DNA of 62,555 nt, filler included, from Collodictyon triciliatum (taxonomy: Eukaryota): the NCBI GenBank assembly GCA_043381765.1. It is 5 parts of 5 records of this genome, joined end to end, with 100 filler letters (N's around TTAATTAATTAA, not from the genome) between each part and the next. Parts side by side here need not be neighbours in the genome. Positions count along the whole stretch, not along the records: positions 1 to 18,821 come from JBHJMP010000160.1; positions 18,922 to 32,718 come from JBHJMP010000161.1; 3 more parts are not named here. One strand, given 5' to 3'. The first letter of the stretch is position 1. Each line of letters starts with the position of its first letter. Positions 1-19,900 of the stretch are shown piece after piece. The translations under genes were made by a program, and so were the position numbers. Under the pieces are notes generated by a model. That model was not told the DNA's origin, did not search any database, and saw only the letters and a program-made list of their open reading frames with translations.

Positions 1-25
1 GATATACCTCAACATTCGTAAACAG

Positions 26-524
26 ATCTTTCTTGTATTCTTTGGCGGTGCTGTGTTCCATTGCAAACCCTTGAATAGTGAGCAATGGGGCATGTGTGTG
101 GCGTTTGGGTTCTTTGCTCTAATCTGGGGCATGGTGATTCAGTTCATCCCAGAGCGCTTAATCATCGCTGTCATTCCGTCTCTTTCGAATAAAGCCCATG
201 GCAGTTCTGGCGATGCTGGGGGGAAACATCACGGGAATGCCGACCTTCATGGAGGAAAAGCAGGCCCAACCACGACGAAAAATGATGCTATTACAAAATC
301 AAACTCCCATATGGGAATCAAAAGAGGTTCTAGTCGGTTAATGTAAGTCTATATCAACTGTTTTAGCATGCATTGAAAAAAGAAAGAAAAAAGAATAAAC
401 AACTAAGCGATATTTTTATCTGTTTGTTTCCTCTAATCCAGCCAAAGCCGCGAGCTGATGCGTATGAATACGAAAGTCCAAATGGGAGAGAAGGAAACGT
501 CGCTTCAAATGAATATGTTGGAAT
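26..524 (+). CDS. C-terminal exons of a P-type Ca2+-ATPase (PMCA-like), gene starts upstream of window
   Basis: After acceptor aacag (21-25) the frame reads IFLVFFGGAVFHCKPLNSEQWGMCVAFGFFALIWGMVIQFIP, matching the last TM helices of PMCA pumps. A probable final exon follows gtaagt...ccag (~442-524). Confidence 0.75.
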
Positions 525-930
525 GATGCAAATCATGAAACCGAAAAGTGTTTTGTTATCTTTATTCCCAAAAAAGAAACGATATTGGACATCTCTTTAT
601 TCAGAGATATTCAAAGTTTAAGAAGAAAAAAAAAGAGAATACTTACAACCAACGACGATAAGCTTAAATGATATATAATATCTACTTTTCTCATCTTGTT
701 TTCTTTTCATTTTCGCCTCATTTCCACTTCTAAGACTTGATTGCCTTAATCGCAGCTCCTCGTTCTTTCTCTTTTTCTGTTCCAGAGGAAAATAATTTGC
801 ACTCTAATCTTCCTTTCATGCATTCTTGTGTGGTGTTATTCACGAAACAAATGAAAGGGCGGTTGGTTGATACGAACCAGATATCAAAAATAATATTAAA
901 CACAAGACACAAATCAGTAGCCAATCTGCA

Positions 931-958
931 TTTTTTTTTTCCTTTATTCGATTCATAG
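931..958 (-). mobile_element. Ultra-short poly(A) retroposed insert, copy 1
   Basis: Core T10-CCTTTATTCGATTCA with degenerate TSD agtagccaatctgca (916-930) / agtggctaatctaca (959-973). Confidence 0.7.
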
Positions 959-1108
959 AGTGGCTAATCTACACAAACTGAACCATTCAATCCAACGCGC
1001 AGAATTTGCTTATTTTCTTTCAATCTTGATTATTTATCCAATATCATCGTGTTCTCTTTCTATAGAACGACAAAGCAGACTGAAAATGTTAGTGTTTGAG
1101 CGTTCGAG

Positions 1109-3769
<2,661 letters not shown>

Positions 3770-4171
3770 CGCCTGAAATATATTATTTAATATTGTTTAT
3801 AAATAGCAAATAATGGGACGCACAAAATGATTGGAGTTGTTTGCAATAAATATGTTGCTTGATTCATATCCTACCCATTTTATGTGATTCGTGATTTTAA
3901 TCAAAAAAGTTGCTTATATATTTTTTACGGTGCCAGAAAAATAATATATTAAAAATGAAGTACCCAAAATCAGTCAGTGGTCTATTGGGGTCGTACCAGG
4001 GACAAAATGAAAGTGTGCTTCATAAATCATATTCAAACATTTGTCAGAGAAATTAAGCAAACGTGTTCAAATGATGGAACTATCATTCTTTTTGGGTAAC
4101 TCGGCTTATAAAATATGCTCTCTGTCACTTTTGTTAACTTTATTTTTCTGCTTTTTTTTTTAATGTATTTC

Positions 4172-6316
4172 TTATTTTTTGTTCGGCGGGTTTGACGAAC
4201 TGAACAGAGACATGGGAAGTACCGAGGGGGCCTCATTTTGTGCGATTGCTGTAGATGTAGAGTTAGATGCACTAGATGTACTTACTTGCGATGGAAAAGA
4301 CAGTGGATTTGACATACCCAAATGCTGAGTAGGGTTGGAGCCTGGTATATTTGTTCCTGGGCCACTGGGCTCCAATTTGAGTGCTGACTTCATCTGCAAA
4401 CCTTGTTCTAAAGCATTCAACTGGGTTTGCCTCGAAAGCAATCCCAGTGTCGGTGGTTGGCCTTGTTGTATCGCTGGTCTTGGAAAAGCGCTGGATTGTG
4501 GTGTGACACCAAAGGCCGGTCTGATATTTAGATTTGGTGGTGCATTGGATTGGATGATGGAAGGCATTTGCAAAGTTGGCTGGGATGAGGTTTGTAGAGT
4601 TTGTGTAAGACTGGATATACTCGGCTGACTTTGCCCAGTGGGCTGAGATGGCAGCAATGAAAGGTGCGTTTGAGCTGGTTGTTGGGCCGTGGGCAATTGT
4701 AATGATAACTGTGCTGGGGCTTGGGTCATGGAAAGCTGAGGTGGCTGCAGCGATAGTGGCTGCTGATTTGGTGGCGCCTGTTGCTGAGATGGCTTGTGGA
4801 TAAATGGCTGTGACGTGGGTTGCGTTGACTGTTGAATACCTGGTATGTTTTTTTGATTTGAACCGGGATTTAATCCAGGATTGGGGAGCCCTTGTAGACT
4901 AAGGCCAGAAGCAGGAAAGTTTCCTTGCTGGGGTGCACCCAATTGGTAATACAGGTCTAAAAGGAGAAATAAAGGTAAAAGGAGACGAAAGGGATGAATT
5001 GATTAGAGTGGAATAAATAATCCGTGCGGCTGGATTGTATGCAAAAATAAGATATTACAATCATATCGAATATCAACATTCGATTATGGTTTCTATTTCA
5101 TTTTTCTTTGGAGTTTAGAAACGTGCTCTTACCGTTCTGAGTGGCAGATTGTGAAGCAGGATTTCTCATTGCGCTTGGTGTGATGGTTTGGGTCTCTGTG
5201 GGTACAGGGATGACCTCACGCTCCCAGAATGAATAGAGCCTTTTAATCTCAACAAGTGGGATAGCAACTTTCTTTTTTGTAAGCGCTATTTGCTCCGATT
5301 CTATCTCTCTGCTCAAGGATGCTACCATTCGTGCAACGTTTGCATGGGCTTTCTATAACAAGAAGATGGGCAGAAAATCAGAAAGTCAGATTTTTGAGAA
5401 AAGGGAACAACAGAAAATTAGCTAAATCATAAAATTTTCTTTTATGCATCTACATCGAAAAAGTTGGAGGGGTTTTTTTTTAAAAAAAAAAAAATAAAAA
5501 GAAAAAAAAGAAAGAATAGAATAGCGATCTTGAGTGACCATATATGATGAAATGGTCTACGCTAAAAGTATTGATGTATCGCATTTTTATTGCATTAAAC
5601 TTTCTTTTTTTTTGAAAAAAGGCATTTTCAGGAACTAGTCTTACAATTTTAAAGCTCTTTGTTTTTTTAAAAGGGGAATGAAAATATAATAACCTCGTTT
5701 GCTGGATTTGCCTCAAAGGCATCGTTGCTATCTTCGTTATCGTTAGCATACTCATCTTCGTACTCTTCTTCATCTTCTGGCTCTTTTTTCTCCTTCAAAT
5801 TAGAAGACATAAGTTCCTTGTATTCTAGCTCGAGTTCAGGTAATAGTTTCGTGCGAAGTGCCTCTGTGTTCCACCAATCATAATGAAAAAATGGTAAGTT
5901 ATATATGACCGGCACATCATGCGTTTATAAAACTTTTTTTTAAAAAAAAAAGCAAGTAATGGCGCGGAAGTGAAATGGGTGCTTGTAGAATATAGCGAAT
6001 GAATTTGTGAGCGTGAATTAAATTGTATGCTTGTAAATATAATAATAAATACGAGAGATGTATATAAACATCGGAAAAAGGATTATTAGGTGCGTGCGAT
6101 AAATATACAAAAATAATTGTACCTTTGTTCCTAATTCCTTCATTTTTTTGGACACGAAGAAAGTATTGGCGTGCACCGCTGGACGGAATACTCTTGAATA
6201 AAGTATGGTAGAATCCCAAGATTTCATCGACGCGATTATATCGGGTGCGGTGTTTTCTATTATGATTTTAATGCAATATTAATTTCATTTTGGAGTTTTT
6301 AGGCGGTTTAGATACC

Positions 6317-6404
<88 letters not shown>

Positions 6405-6722
6405 GTAATAGTAATAGTAATAGTAATAGTAACAATAGTAACAATAGTAACGAGAGGGATATTAATTTTTTTTCCTTTATTCGATTCAAATCGAGAGGAA
6501 TATTGATAACGATAGGAATAGTAATAGTAACAGCTACAGCTATATCAACAAAAATGATAGTATAATTAAGTTAATACAAAAATTATTATTATTTAGGCAT
6601 AATACTTCGCTTCTGCATTTTCATTCAAGAAACCGACTATACAGTTTCTCAGATCGTCTGCGCTTCGCTTCACTCCAGTGGCAGCAGAATACGCTCTCTG
6701 AGCAGGTTCGGACGAGCTCATC
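4172..6722 (-). CDS. Uncharacterised multi-exon protein with acidic tract and Q/P/S-rich low-complexity exon (separate gene or N-terminal extension of the MAPK)
   Basis: GT-AG-bounded coding-like exons at ~6604-6722, 6123-6256, 5695-5915, 5123-5354 and 4222-4957 (Q/P-rich). No family motif recognised. Confidence 0.5.
6318..6450. repeat. (AAT)n microsatellite, representative of many intronic simple repeats (AAT, AAAAC, AAAAAG, ATGT, CA, GAA, GAT, AGATAG, GGAATA)
   Basis: Directly visible. Other tracts at 14244-14340, 18740-18821, 20416-20597, 24790-24886, 42192-42595, 59543-59954 and 61632-61728. Confidence 0.95.
6467..6491 (-). mobile_element. Ultra-short poly(A) retroposed insert, copy 2
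   Basis: Same core; TSD cgagagggatattaat (6451-6466) / cgagaggaatattgat (6492-6507). Confidence 0.8.
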
Positions 6723-7187
6723 CTGGCCTGAGATCAAAAGGAACTGAAGAGGCAGTTATGTGAGAAAGCTGCTGTGTGTGTTACGCTTTCGTAATTACAC
6801 TCCATCATTCTCCAGAGGAGTTGCGTGTTTGCCCAAGAGAGAAGAAAGAGAAAAAGGAACCAACTCCTCTCCTGGCATCCACTTCTATCTTGCTTCACCT
6901 CATTTTTCTGCTGCGAGCTTCTTATTACCATTGTTCTTGGTTGTTGAGTTTCTGGAACTTATTTAGATTCGCCAGTGATACTAAGTGCTTTTCCACTGCT
7001 TATATCTAATTTTGTAGTTTTTTTCTTCTTCGGTTCAGTTATATCATATCAAATTCGATTCTATTCTCTAAACGCTATTAAAGCTTCGGTCGTGCTCCGG
7101 CTTTTTCACTTTTAGTATGGGTTAGGGATTTGACTCGCGTTAAAAAAAGATAAAGAGGGGACGAAAAAGCGAGCAGCTTTTGACTTT

Positions 7188-9366
7188 TCAGAGACTCGCC
7201 TTTTTGAAGACTGGGATTGTCTTTGTGGAGTAAAAGTCACGAGTGGGGACATTTTTGCGCATATAGATTCGCATCACAGAGCCCGAAGGAGCGTCGTCTT
7301 GGCAAAGCTGAACAACAGAGTCTGCGACAAACTCGACGGGCATGATGCTTCCGATGGCGTTGCGCATGGCTTCTACAACCTGGAGTGTCATAAGTCCTTG
7401 TTAGGAGAAGAATTAAAAAAAAAAAGTAAAAACCCAACTTGTGTCATGTGGTGGTTATTATCTGATTCGCTTAATAGTATCTCTCTTAGTATCTAGAGAA
7501 TAATTAAACGATCATAATGATTATGGTATAATATTTGAGTACATGTTCTCCTTCAACATGTATTAGAGGCGTCTCGGTGAATGTCGGGCAAATAGCTGTC
7601 ACACGAATTCCAACGTTTTCCATGTCAGCAAGCGACGCTGTCATATGGACAACCTGAATTAAGAGTAAAGTGAAGATAGAGTTTAAGGCCATAGAATTTG
7701 TCTATTCTTATTGAAACTGGGCTTGTATTCATGAAGTATCAAAGAGTATAGAGAACCATACAAGCATTGATACATGTATGTAATTATGCGGTTAGTGTGT
7801 GAACGTAAGTGAATTGGATCTGGTCCTCCTTTTTCTTTTCTTTTTTTGTTTGGATACTTTTGATTATTTTTATCACGCATATCAAGAAAAAAAAGTAACA
7901 CATGCCCCTGCTTTTGTAGCTGCATAAACAGGTGTTCCAATCATAGGAAGAATCCCACCTGTACGATGTTTATTGATTGAGAATATTTGATAAAAGATAC
8001 TCGAGTTTTAATATGATTTTTTTTAATGAAGCGTTTTATATAAAGCAGAGCATATGTGTTGGTAATGAACATTGGCCACAAAACCCATCGATGCAGTATT
8101 GATGATGTATCCGCCTTTGTTTTCCTTCTTCAAGTAGGCTATTCCAAGCTTTGTCCCATACAAAACGGCAGTCAAATTCACGTCAACGATTTTAACCCAA
8201 TTCATATCATCAGCTTCATCGGCAAATGAAAATCCTCTCTCGGGAAGACCGGCATTCTAAATGTATTGTTTTTATTTGGACTTGGGTTTGGTTTTGAAAA
8301 AGCTGCAAACTTCAGTCAAGATTGTATTTTTAAGCAATTGTAATAAACATTTGATATAATTAGTATGCAGTTTTGCAACCCCAGCTGGTGATGTATTGCC
8401 TTGATTAGCACATATGGAAATAAGAGAGAATGTCCCAGAATGATCGACACTATAGTTTTGAATACGTACATTGAAAAGGATGTCGAAGCAGCGCCCAAAC
8501 CTTTGAATCGAGAATTCAAACATGGCGCCGAGCTGTTTAAGGTCAGATAAATCACACTTGAAAAAGGCGTGTTTCCTAGTTGTTTTTCCAACAATTAAGA
8601 TGCATATTAAATTAAACGTTAAATATAAATGTAGATTTCCGTATGTAACAGAAAGAAAAAAACGCATGTATGACCGAAAATGTTTTAGAGAAACTCATCA
8701 GTCATTAAAAATATCCTATTTCAAAAAGGTGATAATTTACCAATTAATTTTTTCGGAGACATTAGATTCGGGAGGATGTGTCAACAAGAGAGCAAACAAG
8801 AAAAAAAATTGTGTATGTAGGTGTGTTGCATGCTGTGGTTCATGAACCCACTCACTCGGGTTGCGGCATTCTTTCGATGGTCTGTTTTGCTCCATTTTCA
8901 TTCAAGTCTACGACCAGAATCTGCGCTCCAAGGGCTGCAAGTCGAAAACATACTTCGCGGCCTATTCCCGAGCTGCGTGGTTGATTAAGGATAAGTGTTT
9001 TCTTTTACACATCCCACCCCGGTAATCCTTAATATAAATAATACCAAGAATGATAGCGATAACGACAACAATAATGATGATTTCTCCTAAATCAATTTTT
9101 CCTCTCTTTCATTCTTTTCTTGAAACCACACTCTCTTTATTGATATAGCCAACAACAAATCACGGACAATGTTGAACACTCGTTTAGAGAGAATATGTAG
9201 TATGTTGAAGGCGGGCTGTATATGCTTGTGTCTTGTAGTTTTTTGTTTTTTTTATTCTTCCTTTCAATTTTGTACGTGTGTCTTGTAGTTAATTGCAAAT
9301 AATGAATGGAAGCAAAAGAAACCTCCCACCAGTGATGATTGCGAGAGTCGTGCTGTCGATCAGCAT
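7188..9366 (-). CDS. Short-chain dehydrogenase/reductase (15-hydroxyprostaglandin dehydrogenase-like)
   Basis: MLIDSTTLAIITGGS|SGIG (TGxxxGxG motif split by an intron), FFKCDLSD, ILFN|NAG, VDVNLTAV, IINTASM, GIRVTAICPTFTETPL. Ends KKASL*. Confidence 0.88.
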
Positions 9367-10580
9367 CTTTTTGCAAGCTACACAAAGTGCGTGAGTTATT
9401 TCTATCATTAGTATTATCGCTATTAAGCTTGTGTTCATCAAATGCTGTTAGAAAAGGTTCTGGGCTAAAGGACATAGACTAGAACCCAAGTCGGGTGGAG
9501 ACTACCGCCATATTTTATTGCACACAGCAGCCGCTTATGTCTTGGTCAGTTTTTTTATCAAGCTTGTTTTTGGCTTGAAGGGACGAGTGTCAAGTGTCTT
9601 TTCCAAAAGCGTCAAAATACCATTGCGGAAATTATGTAATAAGCTATATATGTCTGACATAATATTAAATTTATCCATAAATGTAATATATCTTTCATGA
9701 AAAATATATATTGTACAGCATTATAAAATTCATGAATGTATTACTTCCATGGAATACTGCGACCTTTGTCTTTCCAGGAAAAGAAAGCGCCACACACGGA
9801 AATACTTCAGAACTTCACCAAATGATGACGTCACGATTTCGCTTCGTGTGTTTTCTGGTGCAAGAACTGCTGTTGCAGTGGTGATTCATCACGCATTCAT
9901 CACGCAATCATCACTGCGTCTCGCTCGACAAAAGCTGACAAAGGGCACGTATGACATCACTCGGGACTTCTGATCCACATGAACGAAAAGGACTCAAGTA
10001 ATTATTGGTGACGAGCATGCAAGCCTACCGACATCGAGCAAGACAAACCAAGTCTCATCTGCTGTCTGCCTTTTCTCCTTCCAAACAACCCTACGAGACC
10101 ACCACGACAGACCAAATCCGGTGAAGAGAAAGTCGCTCGATTCTGACAAAAGAAACGGCAGTGCATATCTTCTTCACCACACACAAAACACACACCCACA
10201 TATTGAACAACGCGTCGGAGAAAACTGGTCGTGGAAATCACTCAAAACTTCAACACAACACCAACACAATAACTCTCCTCTCCTCTCTCTCTCTCTCTTC
10301 AGCCCCATTTTCTGTTATCCAGTATTTCCCATCCCAGAAAACCTCGAGAAGCTCGAAATGAACCAGAAGGGCGAAATGAACAAGAAGCTAGGGTCATATA
10401 AAGACTGAACCAAAATCATGAAAGTGTTAACAATAACTCGCGCACACGACACACTGAAGTCACACCATTAAAGCCACACAGTATCCATGAAGTCACAAAG
10501 ACAGACTATTCACACACACACATACACACACACACACACACACACCAACACAAGGCAAACGAAGGAAGAAGGGCGCCTCC

Positions 10581-11579
10581 ATGCTGGGCTCAAGCAACAA
10601 GGTACCGCTCATAGGCACTGAGGCACAGCGGGTCAAAGACGTGCACGTAGCCGAATGTCCAGAGTCACGGTTTATCCAGCCGAAGCGCATTCACTACACA
10701 CAGGACGGCAAGCAGAAGGTCTGGGACATGTGCGCCCTGCACGACAGCGTCTCTGTCCTCATCTACAACAGAACCCAGGATGCTCTTGGTAAAGGACCGA
10801 CCACTCATCCCTAACATAGCATGACTACACGCCCCGTTCGTTTTCCCAATCCTACGCCCTGCTTGTGTGTCCGGCCTCTCATCTCGCATACGATCCCAAC
10901 CTGCAGTGCTTGTCAAGCAGCTTCGCCCCCCTGTCATGCTCTCGCATACCGATGGCTTCACAATTGAACTCTGCTCTGGACTGGTGGACAAGAAAAAGAC
11001 GCTGCAAGAAATCACCCGCGAAGAGATTCTTGAAGTACTCCTTTTTTTTTATAATCTGCTATGTGCACTAATACATGTACAAGGGGCTCTTTCGTATTTT
11101 TCAGAACAACAACGCTTTCTCCTCTTTTCATTCTCATATGTGTTAATTTTTTTATTTATACATACACACGAAAATGCCTTCTCTACTCGCTCTATTGTTT
11201 TTCCGAAACAGAAAAACTCTTCCTAACCGTCAATCCGCAAACAAAGGAAACAGGATATGACGTTTCTGTGCAGGACATCCACCACCTGACCAGCTTCCAC
11301 ACAGCCGTCGGGATTTCCTCCTCGAAACAGACGCTTTTCTACTGTATTGTCAGCGATGCCCAACGCACGCAAAGTGGCGGCGGGATTGAGGACGAATCCA
11401 TCGAAATCCTCCACGTCCCGGCCTCCCAACTGATGCCTCTGATTCTGGATGACCGAATCGCCCGCCCACCGAACCTGATGTTTATGCTTCAATGGTTTCT
11501 CGCGTCCAGAGACCGGTTCCTGCCTGAGTCACAGAGTCCCACACCCGCTGCCTCTCCTCAAACACCAGCCTCTCTTTAA
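10581..11579 (+). CDS. NUDT14: Nudix hydrolase, NUDT14/UDP-sugar diphosphatase-like
   Basis: Three exons: YTQDGKQKVWDMCALHDSVSVLIYN, LVKQLRPPV...GFTIELCSGLVDKKKTLQEITREEILE|ETGY (Nudix box), and GGGIEDESIEIL. Confidence 0.85.
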
Positions 11580-12356
11580 GCCATCGCCGCCCTTCAGCTT
11601 TAAGTGGCTGGGATGAATCACGCACAAGTCTCACGCCCCTGTGAAGGTCGCGCTTCATCACTGTCTCGGCTTCTACCCCCCACCGGCTCTCCTCTGTCCT
11701 CGTGACCAGGGCATTGGTTTTCTTTCTCATTCGTAAAATTTGGTTTCATTCATGGTGAGTTGGCCTGCTTAATATCGCAGCCGGTGCTAGAGTGAAATCC
11801 CCTACACGGGGTCATTTGCTGGCTGTTGTCATCTGCTGTTGAGGCCCTGGTTTATATCACACTTCGTCTGAACCTCTTCATCTCAAAACTGAGTTGCCCT
11901 ATCCCTGTATAATTTCAACCAACAACATCCGCCCCAATCCAGAAAAAAAAACCAGCACGTCGTTCCGTCTGTACTGACTTTCTCATCAGTTTTCCTTTAC
12001 ATATTCTTCCTCGACTAACATCCCTATCTCTGCTCAAGTATCCGTTCACACTGGAGGCATGGCTTTGAGTTCATGATAAACCTCGACGAGCTCCAATATC
12101 ATCCCATCACAGGGAATAATACAAGCATGAATAACAAGTTTTGAGTATGATATCTCGAGTCTTGCTGGCTTTATAACTCATGCCGGGTACGCTCCAGAGG
12201 AGTGTGCACCGCAACTAACAGTGCTGGTCAGAAAATAAGGGAGCGAGAGATTGGTCTTGTGTGCAGTGGGGGTTGGACGGAAGGTTTTAGCCTCCACATA
12301 CCACGTAAAATATCGCCACCTTTGGAAGAGGGGAGCGTAAGAGTTCAGTCGACTAT

Positions 12357-17023
<4,667 letters not shown>

Positions 17024-18732
17024 GCTGCTTGGTTGCGACTTTGCTGTGTTGTTTGTTGTGAGTTGTTTGTCTTGTTTGTAGACCACACACGAAGAAGTTG
17101 CGGGAGCAGAGGCAATGGTCTCAGTGATATCTTGTGAGAGGTTTGAAGGTCGCATGCTTCGCCTTACTTTCAGAATAGGTATGTTTAGGTGTATTCTTGA
17201 GGGGGAAAAGCAGACAGGGGAACAGCAGAGCGATGGAGGGGCAAGGCGATAGAAGGAGAGTGGCTGGTATAGATTATTGCCGCTAGGCCTCTCTGTGCCA
17301 GTGAGCGAATATTCCCCATTCTGTAGGACCGGCTAAAGGTAGTTAGGGTTTGAAGAGCAGCGATATGAGGTGATTCTGTTTGCTACGGCATTGTGGTCAG
17401 ATGTCAAATGCAGTTAATAGCAATAGTCCTGTCGCATTCGGGCGCATAGCAGGAAAGGGTTATGTGTTGGCAGTTTAGTCAATGGTAAAGGTATTGTGGT
17501 GTGTTACAAACCTCCTGTAGAGGCAAAGAAAAGATATGGGAAAACAAAAAAAAAATATTTCCCTCTTTGTTCATAAAATATAAAATGTCTTTGCGGAATC
17601 CCTTCTAGTGGTAGATTAACAACCGCACGGGTTTACAACAAGGTATTGTCTTGCGTTTGGTTGGGCTTTATAACAATAGCAACTAATTATAATTTTTTCC
17701 ATGGTGAGCTAGAAACCCTGATGTTAATCGCAGGGTAGGGTGAAAAAGATTCTTGTCAAGCTGGTGGCGTGCAGTTTTGACACAGAATGAGAAGAAAACC
17801 AGACATATTGTACTATTTTTTTTATCTCGCCCTAAGCCCCAGGATTTCGGTGTGATACTGTGCTGCCTGCCACAGAGCAGCCATGCGCATTTGTGTTGTT
17901 GGACTGTGTTATATCTGCGAACCATTTGCCAGAAAGGTCGTCAGCATTGTGACGTTTCTTAAATACCCGTAGCGGGGTTCGTCTTGTTCATTGGTAGTTC
18001 TGTGGTCTTCGATGTCTCAATCCGGTTGGCGGACTAAGCGGGTGAAAATCAGAGCACTTGTCAATCGTAATCAGAGCAGTTCCTGTTGGCGTCTCGGAGG
18101 ACACCAGCTAATTTTCTTCAAGTACTAATTGTACACCTAAGCTCACTGGTGCTCCTTTGTAATATTTCTTGGCCTCATCTCTGCTCCCTTCTGCACGGCG
18201 TCATGTATTGCCTTCGACGTCCTGCTCACCCGACGCTGCTCCAACGCCCGTCTCCTGACAGGTTCGTGTGTCACTCGCCAAAAACATATTTCAACGCAGA
18301 TGTTACAAATATGGAATTTACAAAAAGTATTTATATACCCTTAAATAACGCGATTCATATGTATTTGAGCAAATTATACATTTAAAATATATTAAAAATA
18401 CATTATAATTGGCATTAAAGACAATTTCGACAAGGTATGAATAGTCTGCAAACACCACTATTCTCCGCAAACCCAGGCTTGTGGGATGACGCAGGAACTA
18501 TGACCGCTGCGTCATCTGCAGCTGTAATGAATAGGTGTTTGTCGCAGAAATAATTGCCCAGATTTGTGAAGAGTTTTCTACAATATATTTCTACGAATGT
18601 CCATAAAAATCGCGAGTGATTATGACGTCAGCATTTTGCATTTGGGTCTTTGTTGTTTTCTTCGTCGATTCGAAAAAAGGTTCATTTCCTCAGCCCAACT
18701 CCACTCTACCAAAGGCAGCTCGAAAAAAGTTA

Positions 18733-18763
<31 letters not shown>

Positions 18764-18821
18764 CAAAACAAAACAAAACAAAACAAAACAAAACAAAACA
18801 AAACAAAACAAAACAAAACAA

Positions 18822-18921
18822 NNNNNNNNNNNNNNNNNNNNNNNNNNNNNNNNNNNNNNNNNNNNTTAATTAATTAANNNNNNNNNNNNNNNNNNNNNNN
18901 NNNNNNNNNNNNNNNNNNNNN
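18822..18921. other. Assembly gap with artificial TTAATTAATTAA linker (also at ~32763, ~40969, ~49893)
   Basis: The same 12-mer (stops in all six frames) is centred in ~100-nt N runs at four positions. Confidence 0.9.
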
Positions 18922-19386
18922 AATGCATTGTATTTAATTATTATTTAGCGAATGCATTGTATTTAATTATTATTTAGCGAATGCATTGTATTTAATTATT
19001 ATTTAGCGAATGCATTGTATTTAATTATTATTTAGCGAATGCATTGTATTTAATTATTATTTAGCGAATGCATTGTATTTAATTATTATTTAGCGAATGC
19101 ATTGTATTTAATTATTATTTAGCGAATGCATTGTATTTAATTATTATTTAGCGAATGCATTGTATTTAATTATTATTTAGCGAATGCGTTATATTTAATT
19201 ATTATTTAGCGAATGCATTGTATTTAATTATTATTTAGCGAATGCATTGTATTTAATTATTATTTAGCGAATGCATTGTATTTAATTATTATTTAGCGAA
19301 TGCATTTATTTAATTATTATTTAGCGAATGCATTGTATTTAATTACTATTTAGCAAATGCATTGTATTTAATTATTATTTAGCGAA
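18922..19386. repeat. Minisatellite, 29-bp unit AATGCATTGTATTTAATTATTATTTAGCG, ~16 tandem copies
   Basis: Head-to-tail near-identical units with no spacers, starting at a gap edge and degenerating distally. Confidence 0.95.
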
Positions 19387-19900
19387 TCCAGGTTTTTATT
19401 TACTGCATGACCTATCGAACTCATCTTTCCAATATAAATGCATGATATAAATCATGTTCATAAATGTCCGTGCCTATGCGTAAATCGAACTTTAATATAG
19501 ACTCGATTCTTGAGAAAATGGTTTATTATCGCCATATCGTTGCTGCATTTTCTGACAACGTGTAGATAGTACCGCATATAGATAAATTTATACCTAAATA
19601 ATGAAATGAAAGAATGACTCAATAATTCGATCCCTTAAGGACTATCACGGTCGTATGTGAAACTTCATTTATAGAGCCAACAGGGCACCAAATTAAAAAC
19701 TAAAAATAAAGTTTTTTTTTCTTTTCGGTCTCTTGATAAACATATAACTGAATGTTTACTCACTACGCCATATGAACATTTCTTTGGCTCACTCCTGAAT
19801 CGAGTTCATCTTACAATCGGGATACAGAAATTGAATGTTCTCTTTTTTATTTTTATATTCGATCTTTGGTGGTCCAATGAAATGGAGATCCAAACAGAAT

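Noticed and set aside
6268-6565. Poly-N/L/I/Y/K/F ORFs in the track (also 14162, 20262, 22140, 34214, 42097, 46420, 59444)
   Set aside because: These are translations of intronic microsatellites and N gaps, not proteins.
18485-18516. Perfect 10-bp hairpin GATGACGCAG/CTGCGTCATC
   Set aside because: It is isolated, with no associated ORF, repeat family or RNA-gene context.
18922-19386. 29-bp repeat as a CRISPR array
   Set aside because: Units are directly abutting with no unique spacers, the context is eukaryotic, and there are no cas genes.
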